Positions 20,086 through 30,134 of a stretch of DNA of 64,000 bases are shown here, piece by piece; positions within the stretch are counted from its first letter, which is position 1, and each line of letters starts with the position of its first letter. The notes under the pieces are model-generated. The model saw nothing but the letters and a program-made list of their open reading frames with translations. It was not told where the DNA came from and did not search any database. The stretch covers positions 253,744 through 317,743 of the forward strand of contig JBLWGC010000033.1 of assembly GCA_048772705.1 (NCBI GenBank). The letters run 5' to 3'. The translations under genes and the position numbers were made by a program. Source of the DNA: Leidyana gryllorum EB-2025a (lineage: Eukaryota > Protista > Apicomplexa).

Positions 20086-21939
20086 TCACAAATTCATCAC
20101 GAGATCGTAAGTTTTCGCGAGGTGGGTGTATTTGTCCTTCCATCCAGCCTGGAGGAACTCGACCCATTCGTTGTATTTGACTTCGTGCGCCAGGAAGAAA
20201 TCGATATACGTCAACTTGTTGTCGACACAGTATCCTTCTTCTGACTGATTGACGCCCACCAGCTTATCCAGAATGGCATAGAGGGATTCACACTTGGGTC
20301 TCAGCTCCTCTCTCTTCTCCGGGATTGTTTCCGCTGGTGAGCGATAGTGTTGAACGACAATGCTGAAGACATTCAGAGCTGTGTTGAAGATGGACAATGA
20401 CTGAGCTCGACCCCGCCAGGATGTCGGGGTCAAACCGGTCAATTCGGCGCAGTATTGGAAGCAACCAGCGATCTCAAACACCCGTTCCCCGGCAACGTCA
20501 ATGTAAGGTATCTTGTGGGTCAAAGATTGGGATTTGTACTCGTTGCACCACGTGTCCATGGAGACGCGATTGTCCTCAAATTCCACTTGGGCATATCTGA
20601 GGATGTGACGGATACCCTCTCCCCGGGAAGCGACATCAAAGTAGGTGAGTTTCGGGGTGCTGACAACTTCTCGGATTGTTAATCTTCTCACCACAGGATG
20701 GTTTCGGACGAGATTGAACACTTTGTCGCAGTGCGGAACAGAACTGAGCAAATTAGGGACCAACTTCTGACTCGGATCTGCGGCCTCCATGCAGATCGAC
20801 CACACCCAGATGTCCGCAACGGTCAATCGATTTCCCACACAATAGCCCTGGTGACTCTGTCTCAGAACCACCAAGACGTCCAATCGCTTGAACATCTCTG
20901 GAATGGTCTCTTCATAGGCCCTCTTGACGCTTTCCTCTTTCTCACTCTCCGGCGTCTCCCACTCCAGGATCCGGATCAGATTCTGAATTGAGCTCGCACT
21001 CGTCATCAACGTGTAAGCGTGAGCTGAGTCCGAGCTTTGGATCGGGAGCAGACCGCCCTTCCGAGCAACGTGGCAGCCGATAGCAATGCTCTCACTCAAC
21101 CAGTCGCCGTTGGGACATTGCAGCGCCGGCAGTGTTCCTCCAGGAACGGTAGGCTTCAGAGCCTTCCATTCGTCATCGGTACAACGGCAGTCCTCATAGT
21201 CTATTCCGCTGATTTCGAAGAGGATACGGATTGCGGCTCCCAGTCCTCTGACATTGAAGTAGTACAACTTGGGTTTGGTAGGGGACCGTTCCTCGTAGTG
21301 GTGGGCGACCACCGGGTGAGCTTCAACAGCTCTGTACACCTTCTCCAGACTGGGAACTGACGCCAAAAAGTCCTCCAGAACGAGAAGATCGCTATCCTTC
21401 AACGCATATATCATAGAGAAGACCGCGAGGTCGGCGTAGGAGAGTTTGTCGCCCACCAGCCATCCTCTCCCGGATGGAACCACCATAGCGTCCAGTCTCT
21501 TCAGGACCGGAAACCCATGCGTCTCCAACGACTTGGCCACTTGAATTCTCTTTTCGGCCTCCGCCAGATTGGGGTCGATAGTCTCGAAATCCGCAACAAT
21601 CTCGAAGATCATCGACTGTATCATCAAAGCCGCGTCTTGATCACGAGCCGACTCCGGCACCAGGCCACACTTCTTAGCCACATATTGAAGAATGGCCGCC
21701 GATTGTACCAATACTTTACCGTCGATCTCCAAAGTGGGTAGCTGACCAGTGGGCACCACTGCCTTCCACTTCGTACGGAACTCCTCCTTGTCTTTGACGC
21801 GCCGATCGACAAACGGGACGCCTCCCAACTTGAAGGCTAAACGAACCTGGTCACCCCAGCCAGGTAGATCAAAGTAAGTGAACGTAGCGAGTCCATTTTC
21901 AGAGCTAGCGCCTGGAGAAGTGTCGTTATTCAGAAACAT
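20086..21939 (-). CDS. Triple-domain glutathione S-transferase D
   Basis: TFTYFDLPGWGDQVR / PKLYYFNVRGLGAAIR / PKLTYFDVASRGEGIR, each followed by a GST C-domain motif (LSYADL, LTVADI, LTYIDF). Confidence 0.92.
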   Translation of the reverse strand: MFLNNDTSPGASSENGLATFTYFDLPGWGDQVRLAFKLGGVPFVDRRVKDKEEFRTKWKAVVPTGQLPTLEIDGKVLVQSAAILQYVAKKCGLVPESARDQDAALMIQSMIFEIVADFETIDPNLAEAEKRIQVAKSLETHGFPVLKRLDAMVVPSGRGWLVGDKLSYADLAVFSMIYALKDSDLLVLEDFLASVPSLEKVYRAVEAHPVVAHHYEERSPTKPKLYYFNVRGLGAAIRILFEISGIDYEDCRCTDDEWKALKPTVPGGTLPALQCPNGDWLSESIAIGCHVARKGGLLPIQSSDSAHAYTLMTSASSIQNLIRILEWETPESEKEESVKRAYEETIPEMFKRLDVLVVLRQSHQGYCVGNRLTVADIWVWSICMEAADPSQKLVPNLLSSVPHCDKVFNLVRNHPVVRRLTIREVVSTPKLTYFDVASRGEGIRHILRYAQVEFEDNRVSMDTWCNEYKSQSLTHKIPYIDVAGERVFEIAGCFQYCAELTGLTPTSWRGRAQSLSIFNTALNVFSIVVQHYRSPAETIPEKREELRPKCESLYAILDKLVGVNQSEEGYCVDNKLTYIDFFLAHEVKYNEWVEFLQAGWKDKYTHLAKTYDLVMNL

Positions 21940-22008
21940 TTGATTGTAGCCAGTGATCGGAAGGTATCAAATTTTCTCCTGACGACCTCTCCCAAATCCA
22001 GTGAACGC

Positions 22009-22023
22009 GTCCCAAATGGGACA
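22009..22023. promoter_or_regulatory. Inverted GTCCCA-aa-TGGGACA element upstream of GST D
   Basis: gtcccaaatgggaca is a palindromic pair of the shared motif, about 70 bp upstream of the ATG. Confidence 0.55.
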
Positions 22024-22326
22024 AACACCTTTCCTCCAACCCCTGAACTCGTTCACGGGAGGTTCCACACTTCTGATCTAGCTTTTGACTGAGCTTGGGA
22101 GCTATGCGTACTGAACCAATCAAAGCTATCGCCCACACTCTCCCCTTCGGTGACGGCCAGCTTGATGCAAACTGGATCTAAAGCCCGACAGATCCAGCCT
22201 CGTCCCAATCCCCGCCGTGGCCGCACACATCGTGGCCAAAGTCCGAATAAAGCGACATCGAAGTTGTCTATTTGAGCTCTTCGCGTTACTTGTCTGCTAA
22301 TACCTTCGTAAATTGGACGAAAGACA

Positions 22327-22662
22327 ATGCATCATCGACCATCCCCAGGACATCACATGCCTCCGGGACCTGCATATCATCCTCCTGCTAATGTCCCCGG
22401 GCACCACACCCCTGGTTACTCCACTCCGGGTCATTTCGCTCCAGGACATCATGCTCCTGCGGGTCCAAGGCCTGGTTACGTCGTACACCCAGCTCCTGCG
22501 CCGATGCATCATTGTTCCCCACCGCCGGCCCACCACCAACACCCTACTCCCCAGGGACCGGCTCATCATGTCCCCACACCCCAGGGGCCTGGTCACCACG
22601 CTCCTAGTCCTGGTCATCATCATGCTCCGAGCCCACCGCATCACGGACCGGGTCGTCGTTGA
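22327..22662 (+). CDS. Small His/Pro/Gly-rich repetitive protein (111 aa)
   Basis: ATG-started ORF built from PG(H)H-type repeats (PGHHMP, PGHHTP, PGHHAP, TPQGPAHH, TPQGPGHH). Repeat units vary at synonymous positions. Confidence 0.6.
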   Translation: MHHRPSPGHHMPPGPAYHPPANVPGHHTPGYSTPGHFAPGHHAPAGPRPGYVVHPAPAPMHHCSPPPAHHQHPTPQGPAHHVPTPQGPGHHAPSPGHHHAPSPPHHGPGRR

Positions 22663-22909
22663 AGAACGAGCTGATCAGATGGTGTAGAGTTTCGTTTCCT
22701 GAATTTTGACGTGTCGAATTCGATTGAGTAACCTCGGACAACTTGTTAAGTTTGTCAGTTCATCGTCAAGATAGTCGTGTTCCTTGGGCAGCTCAACTTG
22801 TCTGCGGCGGCCAAACGGTCTCCTCGGCAATTTATTGTGTTGCGACAGGTTGCGTTCGTATTAGAACTCTAGCAGTTATTGAGTGGGTATTAAAACAACA
22901 GATAAAATG

Positions 22910-24772
22910 CTAATTGGGGGCGAACATTGAGTTATAAACTCTGGCCAGAGCCGGGAACTTGAGTTTCCACTCGTCGGTCAGGAAGTTTACCACTTCGTTG
23001 TATCTCAGCTCGTGAGCCACGAAAAAGTCGATATATGTCAATTGATTGTCGACACAGTATTGATCCGATTGGTATTGGGCCACACACCTATCCAACACCT
23101 CCACGTGTTTCAGATAGGTCGGGCGCAGTTCGAGCAACTTCGCTTGGCGCTCTGCTCCGTGAGGCGCAGCGTAGTGCTCGAGTATAATTCGATTCGCATT
23201 TTCATACACGGAGAGTATTGTCAGAGCGTGACATCGCCCTCTCCATGTTCGAGGTTCCAAGTTCGCCATTTCGGCCACGCATTGTAGACATCCGGCTATT
23301 TCGTAGATTCTGTGTCCACCGATATCCAAGAAAGGGACTTTTCGAGTCGCTGACTGCGACTTCATCCCCGACTCTTCTTCTTCTCCTCCTTTTTCTTCGG
23401 ACGAAACTCGAATGTCCTCAAAATCTATCTTGGCGTATTTGAGAATCTCTCGGACATGTTGGGCCCGCTCCGGGACGTCAAAATACGACAACACCGGTTT
23501 CGCCACGACCGCTCGGAGCATCTCAGACCGGACTGCTGGATGTGAACGAACGAGTTCGAACACTCTGTTGCAGTTCGGCACCTGAGACATTAGGTTGGGC
23601 ACCACAGTGTGATCTTCGATCATTCTCAAACATCCGTATGCCACCACAATATCGGCAAAGGACAGCTTATTCCCGACAGCATATCCTTGAGGAGACCGAT
23701 ACTCTCCCACCAAAGCCTCAATTCGTTGAAAAGCTTTGGGTATCACCTTATCGTAGGCATTGGTTCTCATCGATTCTTTCTCCTCAGGGGAGGACGCCGT
23801 CTCGATTTCTTTCAAGACTAACTCCACGGGCGACATGGCCAACAGTATGGAGAACGCGTGGGCGAATTCGTCAGCGTCGGAAGGCACGAGATTGGCTCGG
23901 CGCGCAGCGTATAAGAGGATCGCCGGGGTCTCTGTCAAGCTGTTCCCGTCAGCCAGCTCCAACACCGGAACTGTGCCGCCGGGCACCTTCTCGTTGAGAG
24001 ACTCACCAGAACAAGAGGACGAAATTCTATGATCTTCATATTGCACGCCACCAATCTCAAAGATCCAACGAATGGGAGCCGCGGTTCCTGCGCGGTCGTA
24101 GTCATACAGCCTCGGTCGCTCGATTTGCTTTGACATTCTGTACTTCACCACGGCCGGGTGAGCGTTGACTGCTTCACACACCGCCTTGATCTTCGGACAC
24201 CCTTCCAACGCCTTCGCGTTTCGAGGGCTTCCATGGTGGATCATTCCGCGCACGAAACTGTTCAGCGCAATGTCAGCATAGGAGATACTCTTCCCGAACA
24301 GCCAGCCTTCCTCCGAAGGCTCAATCATTGACTCCAATCTCATAATGATGTTGGGGCCCTTCATGTCCCACAACTCCAACAGTCTTCCGATTCCCTGTTG
24401 CATCAGGTTCGTGGGAGGGTCCAAATCCAAGTAACTGTAAAACTCGGTGATCAATGTTTGAATGCCGAAAGCCTTCTCACGGTCCAGCGGCTCCTGCGGA
24501 ATTAGATTACCCCTCTCAGCGGCATAGTACATGATGGCTTGCGATTCCGTCAGCACTCGCCCGTCCACTTCAAGCATCGGGATCTGCCCGCTTGGCGACA
24601 AACCTTTGTATTTAGCCTTGAACTCTGTAGTTTTGATTCTTCTGTCAATGTATGGCACCTCTCCAACCGCAAATGTGACCCGGATTTGTTCCGCAAACCC
24701 GGGCAGGTTGTAGAACGTCAAGATTGGCAGACCGTTCGAGATTGTTCGATCAGTACTCTTCGACTTGGCCAT
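22910..24772 (-). CDS. Triple-domain glutathione S-transferase E
   Basis: PILTFYNLPGFAEQIR / PRLYDYDRAGTAAPIR / PVLSYFDVPERAQHVR plus three C-domain motifs. Confidence 0.9.
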   Translation of the reverse strand: MAKSKSTDRTISNGLPILTFYNLPGFAEQIRVTFAVGEVPYIDRRIKTTEFKAKYKGLSPSGQIPMLEVDGRVLTESQAIMYYAAERGNLIPQEPLDREKAFGIQTLITEFYSYLDLDPPTNLMQQGIGRLLELWDMKGPNIIMRLESMIEPSEEGWLFGKSISYADIALNSFVRGMIHHGSPRNAKALEGCPKIKAVCEAVNAHPAVVKYRMSKQIERPRLYDYDRAGTAAPIRWIFEIGGVQYEDHRISSSCSGESLNEKVPGGTVPVLELADGNSLTETPAILLYAARRANLVPSDADEFAHAFSILLAMSPVELVLKEIETASSPEEKESMRTNAYDKVIPKAFQRIEALVGEYRSPQGYAVGNKLSFADIVVAYGCLRMIEDHTVVPNLMSQVPNCNRVFELVRSHPAVRSEMLRAVVAKPVLSYFDVPERAQHVREILKYAKIDFEDIRVSSEEKGGEEEESGMKSQSATRKVPFLDIGGHRIYEIAGCLQCVAEMANLEPRTWRGRCHALTILSVYENANRIILEHYAAPHGAERQAKLLELRPTYLKHVEVLDRCVAQYQSDQYCVDNQLTYIDFFVAHELRYNEVVNFLTDEWKLKFPALARVYNSMFAPN

Positions 24773-25321
24773 CTTTTGCGCCTTACTTCTTCAATCCTTG
24801 TTGTCGTTGCCGCGAACTAACCAAAGGTCAATATGCTAAAAATGATCCTAATAACCCAACACGGCCGCCACACACGCACACGCGGACACACACATTCCCA
24901 AACGCAGCAAAGAAATTAAGATTCGGTCTCAAAGGCTGGTGGACCATTTCGTACTCGACTATTCTGTTCTATCATCATCATACATGCGGGACACGGGGCT
25001 TTATGTGCCACCTCGATGTTTGCGGAGCCCGCCCGCGTGCTTTTGAGTGTGAACTATATGACGGCTCACTTGGAGACGTTGGATGCGGAGGCGCGGTAAC
25101 GGTTGGCAGTGTGGAAGGAATGGGAAATAAAGAACCCAAAGGCAGTTGATGGTGGCAATGAAAGATGTGGGAATGCCGCAGCGGCCGCAGAGGCGCAGAG
25201 GAAAGGATTTAGTGCCTTTCTCAGAACCGTGATGACAGCTGTCATTGCGACCAACGTTATGTTATCCCCGGCGATGTTTAGTGACGAGGAAGTACGAATA
25301 CTAAGCACTAACGTTTGTGGC

Positions 25322-27895
25322 CTACGAGCTGTTTGCATCGCTCTTGTGCCCTTCCAAATACTGAGATTGTGCGACCACTTGCACAGTTCTTTCTTGACGG
25401 GTAACTGTGACCGTTCCGGAAGTGATTTCTTGTTGGAGTGTGGCGAATGTGTTTGAAGATTGTGAAAGTAATTCTTGATGGAGAGATGCCTCAGTTGATT
25501 GCGACGCAAGCTCGAGATCAGCGGCGAGATTCCAAGTACTCACGTTCTGCCTGTTTTGGGGATTGAAACACTGCGGCCGGGGGGACGAGCCGAAGATACC
25601 TTCGCGGGCGGCGGCTTCCGCCATCTCTTTGTCCAAAAGCTTAGGAATAAGGAGGTTGGGTACAACACCCGAGGCGATGGCGGCCTCGTCTAGGGCGTCG
25701 TCCATATGAAAATCGCTGATGCGGGTGGGGGGTTGGGGTTGCGTTGGGGTTGCCGTGGCTTCAGCTGTCGAGGAGGACATCATTGAACCTGGCCCTGTTC
25801 CTGTCTCTGTCGGCTGTGCATCTTGGTCAAGGGAATCTGGTGGTGTGTCTCCGTAGATGTCTCGTTCGGATTCAGAGTTCGGTATCAGCGTGACCCACCA
25901 CTCTTCGTCACGATTGTGCACCACCACTCGACCGTCGTCCCCGAAGACGTTTAACCTTTCGGGATTCTCAACTTTAGCCCCGCTGGTCTGAAGGAACTTG
26001 TGGAGATCCTCTCTCATGGTGTCTGACTTTTCCAGTTGGTAGATTAACGCGTGGAACGGGAATCGGGCGACTTGTAGGTCCCTGGCCTGGTCAAACATCA
26101 ACAGCCCTTGGCCCACGACGCTCTGGAGAACATGAGTGACGTCCTCTATAGTATCAACACTGTCGGTAGGCCACTTCACAGTTGCCGTGCCAGCCTCACA
26201 GTGCTCCACCAAGTTTACCTTCTTTGGCTCGTCTTGGGCATTCACAGTAAAGAGATAATGCCCATTGTCTTCTGCCGAGACATAATGCCCAAAGTCTTTG
26301 GACAAAAGTTTGAGATAACTGATATTCGTAAATTCTCTGAGGATCTTTCCAGTGGGCACCTTTACGCTTGTGACGTTAGGAGCCGGCTCCACGGGGGACG
26401 TCCTTCCACTCAGTCTCTTTGATGAAGGACTCGTTGGAATCTCTGGTCCATCGCTCGCCGGCACCTCGGAACCCATTTTAGTTACACCAAACTTCCTCCT
26501 CGGCGGTGATGCTGTACCATCACCCGTCTGAGGAGAGGTCGTTGTGTTGTCCTTCTTAGCCGCTGTGGCAGCAGTCGAAACAATTTTTCTCGGTGTCGTC
26601 GCGTTACCGCTCTTCGCCGCTGCGGCAGCAGTCGAAACAATTTTTCTCGGTGTCGTCGCGTTACCGCTCTTCGCCGCTGTGGCAGCAGTCGAAACAATTT
26701 TTCTCGGTGTCGTCGCGTTACCGCTCTTTGCAGTGATCGCCCTCGGTGTCCCGACAGTGCCTACCGGCTTTGCAGTCGCCCCCGCGCGGTGCAGAGAAAG
26801 ACGACTGCCTTTGAGAGTCGGACTCATCTTTGACACGTCAGCTGCAGAGCCTCTAAGGTTGGCTGAGCGTCCAGTAGCAGCAGCGGTAGGTTTCCTGCGG
26901 GAAGCAGCTGCGCGGGCGATGTCGAGTGTCGACCTGGATTTTGGGCGTTCTTTTTCAGCGGCGGCCAAGGGAGAAGAGTGCTTGTGCGATGCGGTGTCTT
27001 GAGATAGAGGTCGCGGTTTCCTGGTAGTGAATCGAGAGGGGACTTGGAAAGTGGGCGGGACAGCGTCTCGGCCCATGTCTTGATAGTTGAGGCTGGTTTT
27101 TGCCTGACAGCTCGGGAGGAGGATAAAGTAGGGGGCGAAACCGGGCTGATGATTGGCTTCCAAATCGCGGACGAAGGGTACAATCGCGTCCCTGTTCGCT
27201 ACGAAGAAGTCGATAAGTGTCGAATGCTCTCCGAGATCAATGCGGGTACTGCGAAAGCTGATCTTTGGGTTATCATACGGTCCCGATGCCTGTTGGGGCG
27301 ACTTTGTGATCGCCAAGTTGTACATTCCGGCCTGACCGCGGCGTATGAGCATTGACGCAAACTCGCCTCGTCTTGTGGGGAACCAAACTTGTAAAAGGGG
27401 TTCATTGGGGATGCTCGCGGCTGTTTTCGCCGCTGAGGCTGTTCTCAGTGGGGTTCTCCCTGCCGACCCTTTGCTCGCAGGTGGTGGAGACGTGCTGTCG
27501 CGATGGAGAACCATACAGCAACCGACGCTGTCACCATTGGCGAAAGGGAGGACTTTGGCTTTGTCCAAATGCGGGCTGGCCATAAAGTGGTTCCTCCTCT
27601 TCCTGGTGATGCTTATCATTTTGTTAACGTCTTCCACGGTGGGATACCCCGGCCCTTTCAGGACAGTGGCCATATTGTCCGGAGCCATCACATCCCGAAC
27701 GACCCCATCGGCAAATGTGGTCTTTTCCCACGAGTAGAATCCGTCAGATCGGCGTCCTACAGCCACTGTGCTCGAGGGGACGTTCTCAGTGATGCCAGCG
27801 TTATCCCAAACTCCCGCAACGGCAACAGACGCCACCCCTATCATAGAGGGGCCAGCGTCTTTGCCATTTGACAACGCTACTCTCGGGGGCCTCAT
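25322..27895 (-). CDS. Large hypothetical protein with a basic A/T/K-rich repeat region
   Basis: Long ORF (GTG at 28006, first ATG 27895). Globular-looking N- and C-regions flank a basic low-complexity core. Both termini are uncertain. Confidence 0.65.
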   Translation of the reverse strand: MRPPRVALSNGKDAGPSMIGVASVAVAGVWDNAGITENVPSSTVAVGRRSDGFYSWEKTTFADGVVRDVMAPDNMATVLKGPGYPTVEDVNKMISITRKRRNHFMASPHLDKAKVLPFANGDSVGCCMVLHRDSTSPPPASKGSAGRTPLRTASAAKTAASIPNEPLLQVWFPTRRGEFASMLIRRGQAGMYNLAITKSPQQASGPYDNPKISFRSTRIDLGEHSTLIDFFVANRDAIVPFVRDLEANHQPGFAPYFILLPSCQAKTSLNYQDMGRDAVPPTFQVPSRFTTRKPRPLSQDTASHKHSSPLAAAEKERPKSRSTLDIARAAASRRKPTAAATGRSANLRGSAADVSKMSPTLKGSRLSLHRAGATAKPVGTVGTPRAITAKSGNATTPRKIVSTAATAAKSGNATTPRKIVSTAAAAAKSGNATTPRKIVSTAATAAKKDNTTTSPQTGDGTASPPRRKFGVTKMGSEVPASDGPEIPTSPSSKRLSGRTSPVEPAPNVTSVKVPTGKILREFTNISYLKLLSKDFGHYVSAEDNGHYLFTVNAQDEPKKVNLVEHCEAGTATVKWPTDSVDTIEDVTHVLQSVVGQGLLMFDQARDLQVARFPFHALIYQLEKSDTMREDLHKFLQTSGAKVENPERLNVFGDDGRVVVHNRDEEWWVTLIPNSESERDIYGDTPPDSLDQDAQPTETGTGPGSMMSSSTAEATATPTQPQPPTRISDFHMDDALDEAAIASGVVPNLLIPKLLDKEMAEAAAREGIFGSSPRPQCFNPQNRQNVSTWNLAADLELASQSTEASLHQELLSQSSNTFATLQQEITSGTVTVTRQERTVQVVAQSQYLEGHKSDANSS
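26561..26731. repeat. 57-bp tandem repeat x3 (19-aa unit AKSGNATTPRKIVSTAATA on the minus strand)
   Basis: Near-identical units start at 26561, 26618 and 26675. Confidence 0.95.
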
Positions 27896-28078
27896 AAGAC
27901 AAACAATTAACTCGCTCAAAGCGTCAAAAGAATTGTAATTTTGGGTGAAGTGCAATGTCGTTCTGATAGCTGTTATCAATTCGATTGCCTTTGTTCGTTT
28001 GTCCACGTTGGTGTAATCAATTGATCAAAATGGTCGGCGAGCCTCACAGATATATTATCTCTCTCTCTCTTTCTCGCC

Positions 28079-29938
28079 TCACTTTCGCTCGAGCCCTTTG
28101 ACCAAATTGTACACTTTGGCCAAAGCTGGATACTTCTCCTGCCAGTCCTCAGGGAGGAAACCGCAGTCTCCATTGTAGCTCAACTCGTAGGTCACATAGA
28201 AATCAATGTACGAAAGTTCATTGTCGACACAGTATCCTTCAGCAGATTGTTGCAAAGCCACAATCTTCTCCCACATGTCGAGTTGAACAAAGTATTCGGG
28301 CCTCAATTCAACCGCCTTGGCTCTCCTCTCATCACCAGCCGGCGCTGCGTAATGCTTCAACACTACTTTGTGCACGTTGGAGTGAACCGAGAAGATCGAT
28401 AGAGCCTGAGCTCTGCCCTTCCAGGAACGAGGCATCATGTTGGTCAACTCGGCGACGTATTGCAGACAACCGATGATCTCATAGATTCGAAGGTCGCCAA
28501 TGTCGAGGAAGGGAACCTGACCCGTCAACGATTGCGGCTTCACCTCAGTGAAGAAAGCCTTGAAGCCCACTCGGTGGTCTTCAAACTCAACGTTTCCATA
28601 TTCCAATAGCTTCCGGATGTGCTCAGCGCGTCCCGGCAGCTCAAAGTAAGTGAGCTTCGGCTTGCAGACCACACCGCGGAATCGCTCCTTCTTCACTGCC
28701 GGATGATTCAGAATCAAATTAGTCACTTTGTTGCAACACGGCATCTCCTTCAGCAGGTTGGGAATAGTGCCATTCAAACCCTCCATGGCCAATACGCCCG
28801 CGAAAGCGACATAGCAGTCAGCGAATGACAATCTGTCACCGACCACGTATCCCTGATGAGACTGACGCAGAGCCACTATCGACTCCAACCGCCGGAAAGC
28901 CGCCGGAAGTGTCTCCTCACGAGCCAACTTCTTGGCCGCCGCACCCTCCTCGGGAGTTGCAGCGTGCATTACACTGCGAACAATGGCTCCCACACCAGCC
29001 ATCGACAACACAATGCTGTACGCGTGGGCAAAATCGTTGTCGCGGAACGGCGTCAAACCAGTCATGCGTGCCACCGAGATGGCGATCGCACTCGACTCAG
29101 TCAACCACGTGCCGTCTCCGAGCTGAAGAGCGGGGAGGACACCTCCGGGGATGGTGGGCTTCATTGCAGGCCACTCAGCCTTCTCGACACGGATGTCCTC
29201 GTACTCGATTCCGCCAATGGCCAACATCCAACGGATGGGAGTTGCGATTCCCTCACCGTTGAAATAGTACAACTTGGGCTTCGTCGGACTGCTCTTCTTC
29301 AGATATGCAACCATACCGGGATGACCCAACACAGCCTTGTAGGCTCCAGCGATCTTGGGGAACTTCTCCTTCAGCACGGCAGCCGTCTCCGCATCGAGCT
29401 CAGACGCCAGCGCCAAGGTGTAATAGAGGGCAACATCGATGAATGACAGACGATCTCCCACGATCCAACCATTCGCGGAGGGATTGATGGTCGCCTCAAT
29501 ACGCCCGAAGATCACTGGAACGTTCTCTTTCCACAAAGCCTGCATCTTGGAGTAACGCTCTTCACGCGGAAGACTCGCAGGAACTATCGCGGTGCGGCTT
29601 TGAAGCTCCACCATCATCGACAGCACAGCCATACAGATATCCTGGTCACGAGGGTTCTCAGGGAAGAGTCCAGCTCGCTTCGCAGCGTATAGCACAATAC
29701 TCTGTGACTCACATAGAATTTGGCCATCGACTTCGAGAATTGGGACCAAACCCGTGGGAGAGTACGCCTTGTACTTGGCTTCGAATTCGGCGTGATCCTT
29801 CACTCGTCTGTCAACAAAGTTGACATTGCCAAGGTTGAACAGAATGCGAATGGGTTCTGCCAGCCCCTTGACGTCAAAGTACGTCAGCACCGGAACACCT
29901 TCGCGTCTACGATGCATGTCGCCGGAAGTATGATGCAT
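28079..29938 (-). CDS. Triple-domain glutathione S-transferase F
   Basis: PVLTYFDVKGLAEPIR / PKLYYFNGEGIATPIR / PKLTYFELPGRAEHIR. First ATG at 29938. Confidence 0.92.
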   Translation of the reverse strand: MHHTSGDMHRRREGVPVLTYFDVKGLAEPIRILFNLGNVNFVDRRVKDHAEFEAKYKAYSPTGLVPILEVDGQILCESQSIVLYAAKRAGLFPENPRDQDICMAVLSMMVELQSRTAIVPASLPREERYSKMQALWKENVPVIFGRIEATINPSANGWIVGDRLSFIDVALYYTLALASELDAETAAVLKEKFPKIAGAYKAVLGHPGMVAYLKKSSPTKPKLYYFNGEGIATPIRWMLAIGGIEYEDIRVEKAEWPAMKPTIPGGVLPALQLGDGTWLTESSAIAISVARMTGLTPFRDNDFAHAYSIVLSMAGVGAIVRSVMHAATPEEGAAAKKLAREETLPAAFRRLESIVALRQSHQGYVVGDRLSFADCYVAFAGVLAMEGLNGTIPNLLKEMPCCNKVTNLILNHPAVKKERFRGVVCKPKLTYFELPGRAEHIRKLLEYGNVEFEDHRVGFKAFFTEVKPQSLTGQVPFLDIGDLRIYEIIGCLQYVAELTNMMPRSWKGRAQALSIFSVHSNVHKVVLKHYAAPAGDERRAKAVELRPEYFVQLDMWEKIVALQQSAEGYCVDNELSYIDFYVTYELSYNGDCGFLPEDWQEKYPALAKVYNLVKGLERK

Positions 29939-30013
29939 TGTGATAAGAGGACAGTAGAAAGGCACAAACTGAAGATTTAGGAGAGAAATACCGCAAAATC
30001 AAATTTTGGCATT

Positions 30014-30039
30014 TGGGACATCGGTGTCCCAATTGGGAC
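30014..30039. promoter_or_regulatory. Triple alternating TGGGACA / TGTCCCA / TGGGAC element upstream of GST F
   Basis: tgggaca-tcgg-tgtccca-at-tgggac, 76-101 bp upstream of the ATG. Confidence 0.6.
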
Positions 30040-30134
30040 TTTTTGCCATTTTCGGGACGACTGCTCAGAGTTGTTGCTGCAGCGGCAATTACTTGACGGG
30101 GGCGGCTTCTAATATTATTACTATGTGATTTGAG

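Noticed and set aside
26561-26731. Tandem repeats as a possible CRISPR array (also 46941-47030)
   Set aside because: There are no unique spacers, unit lengths are multiples of 3 inside a CDS, and the context is eukaryotic.
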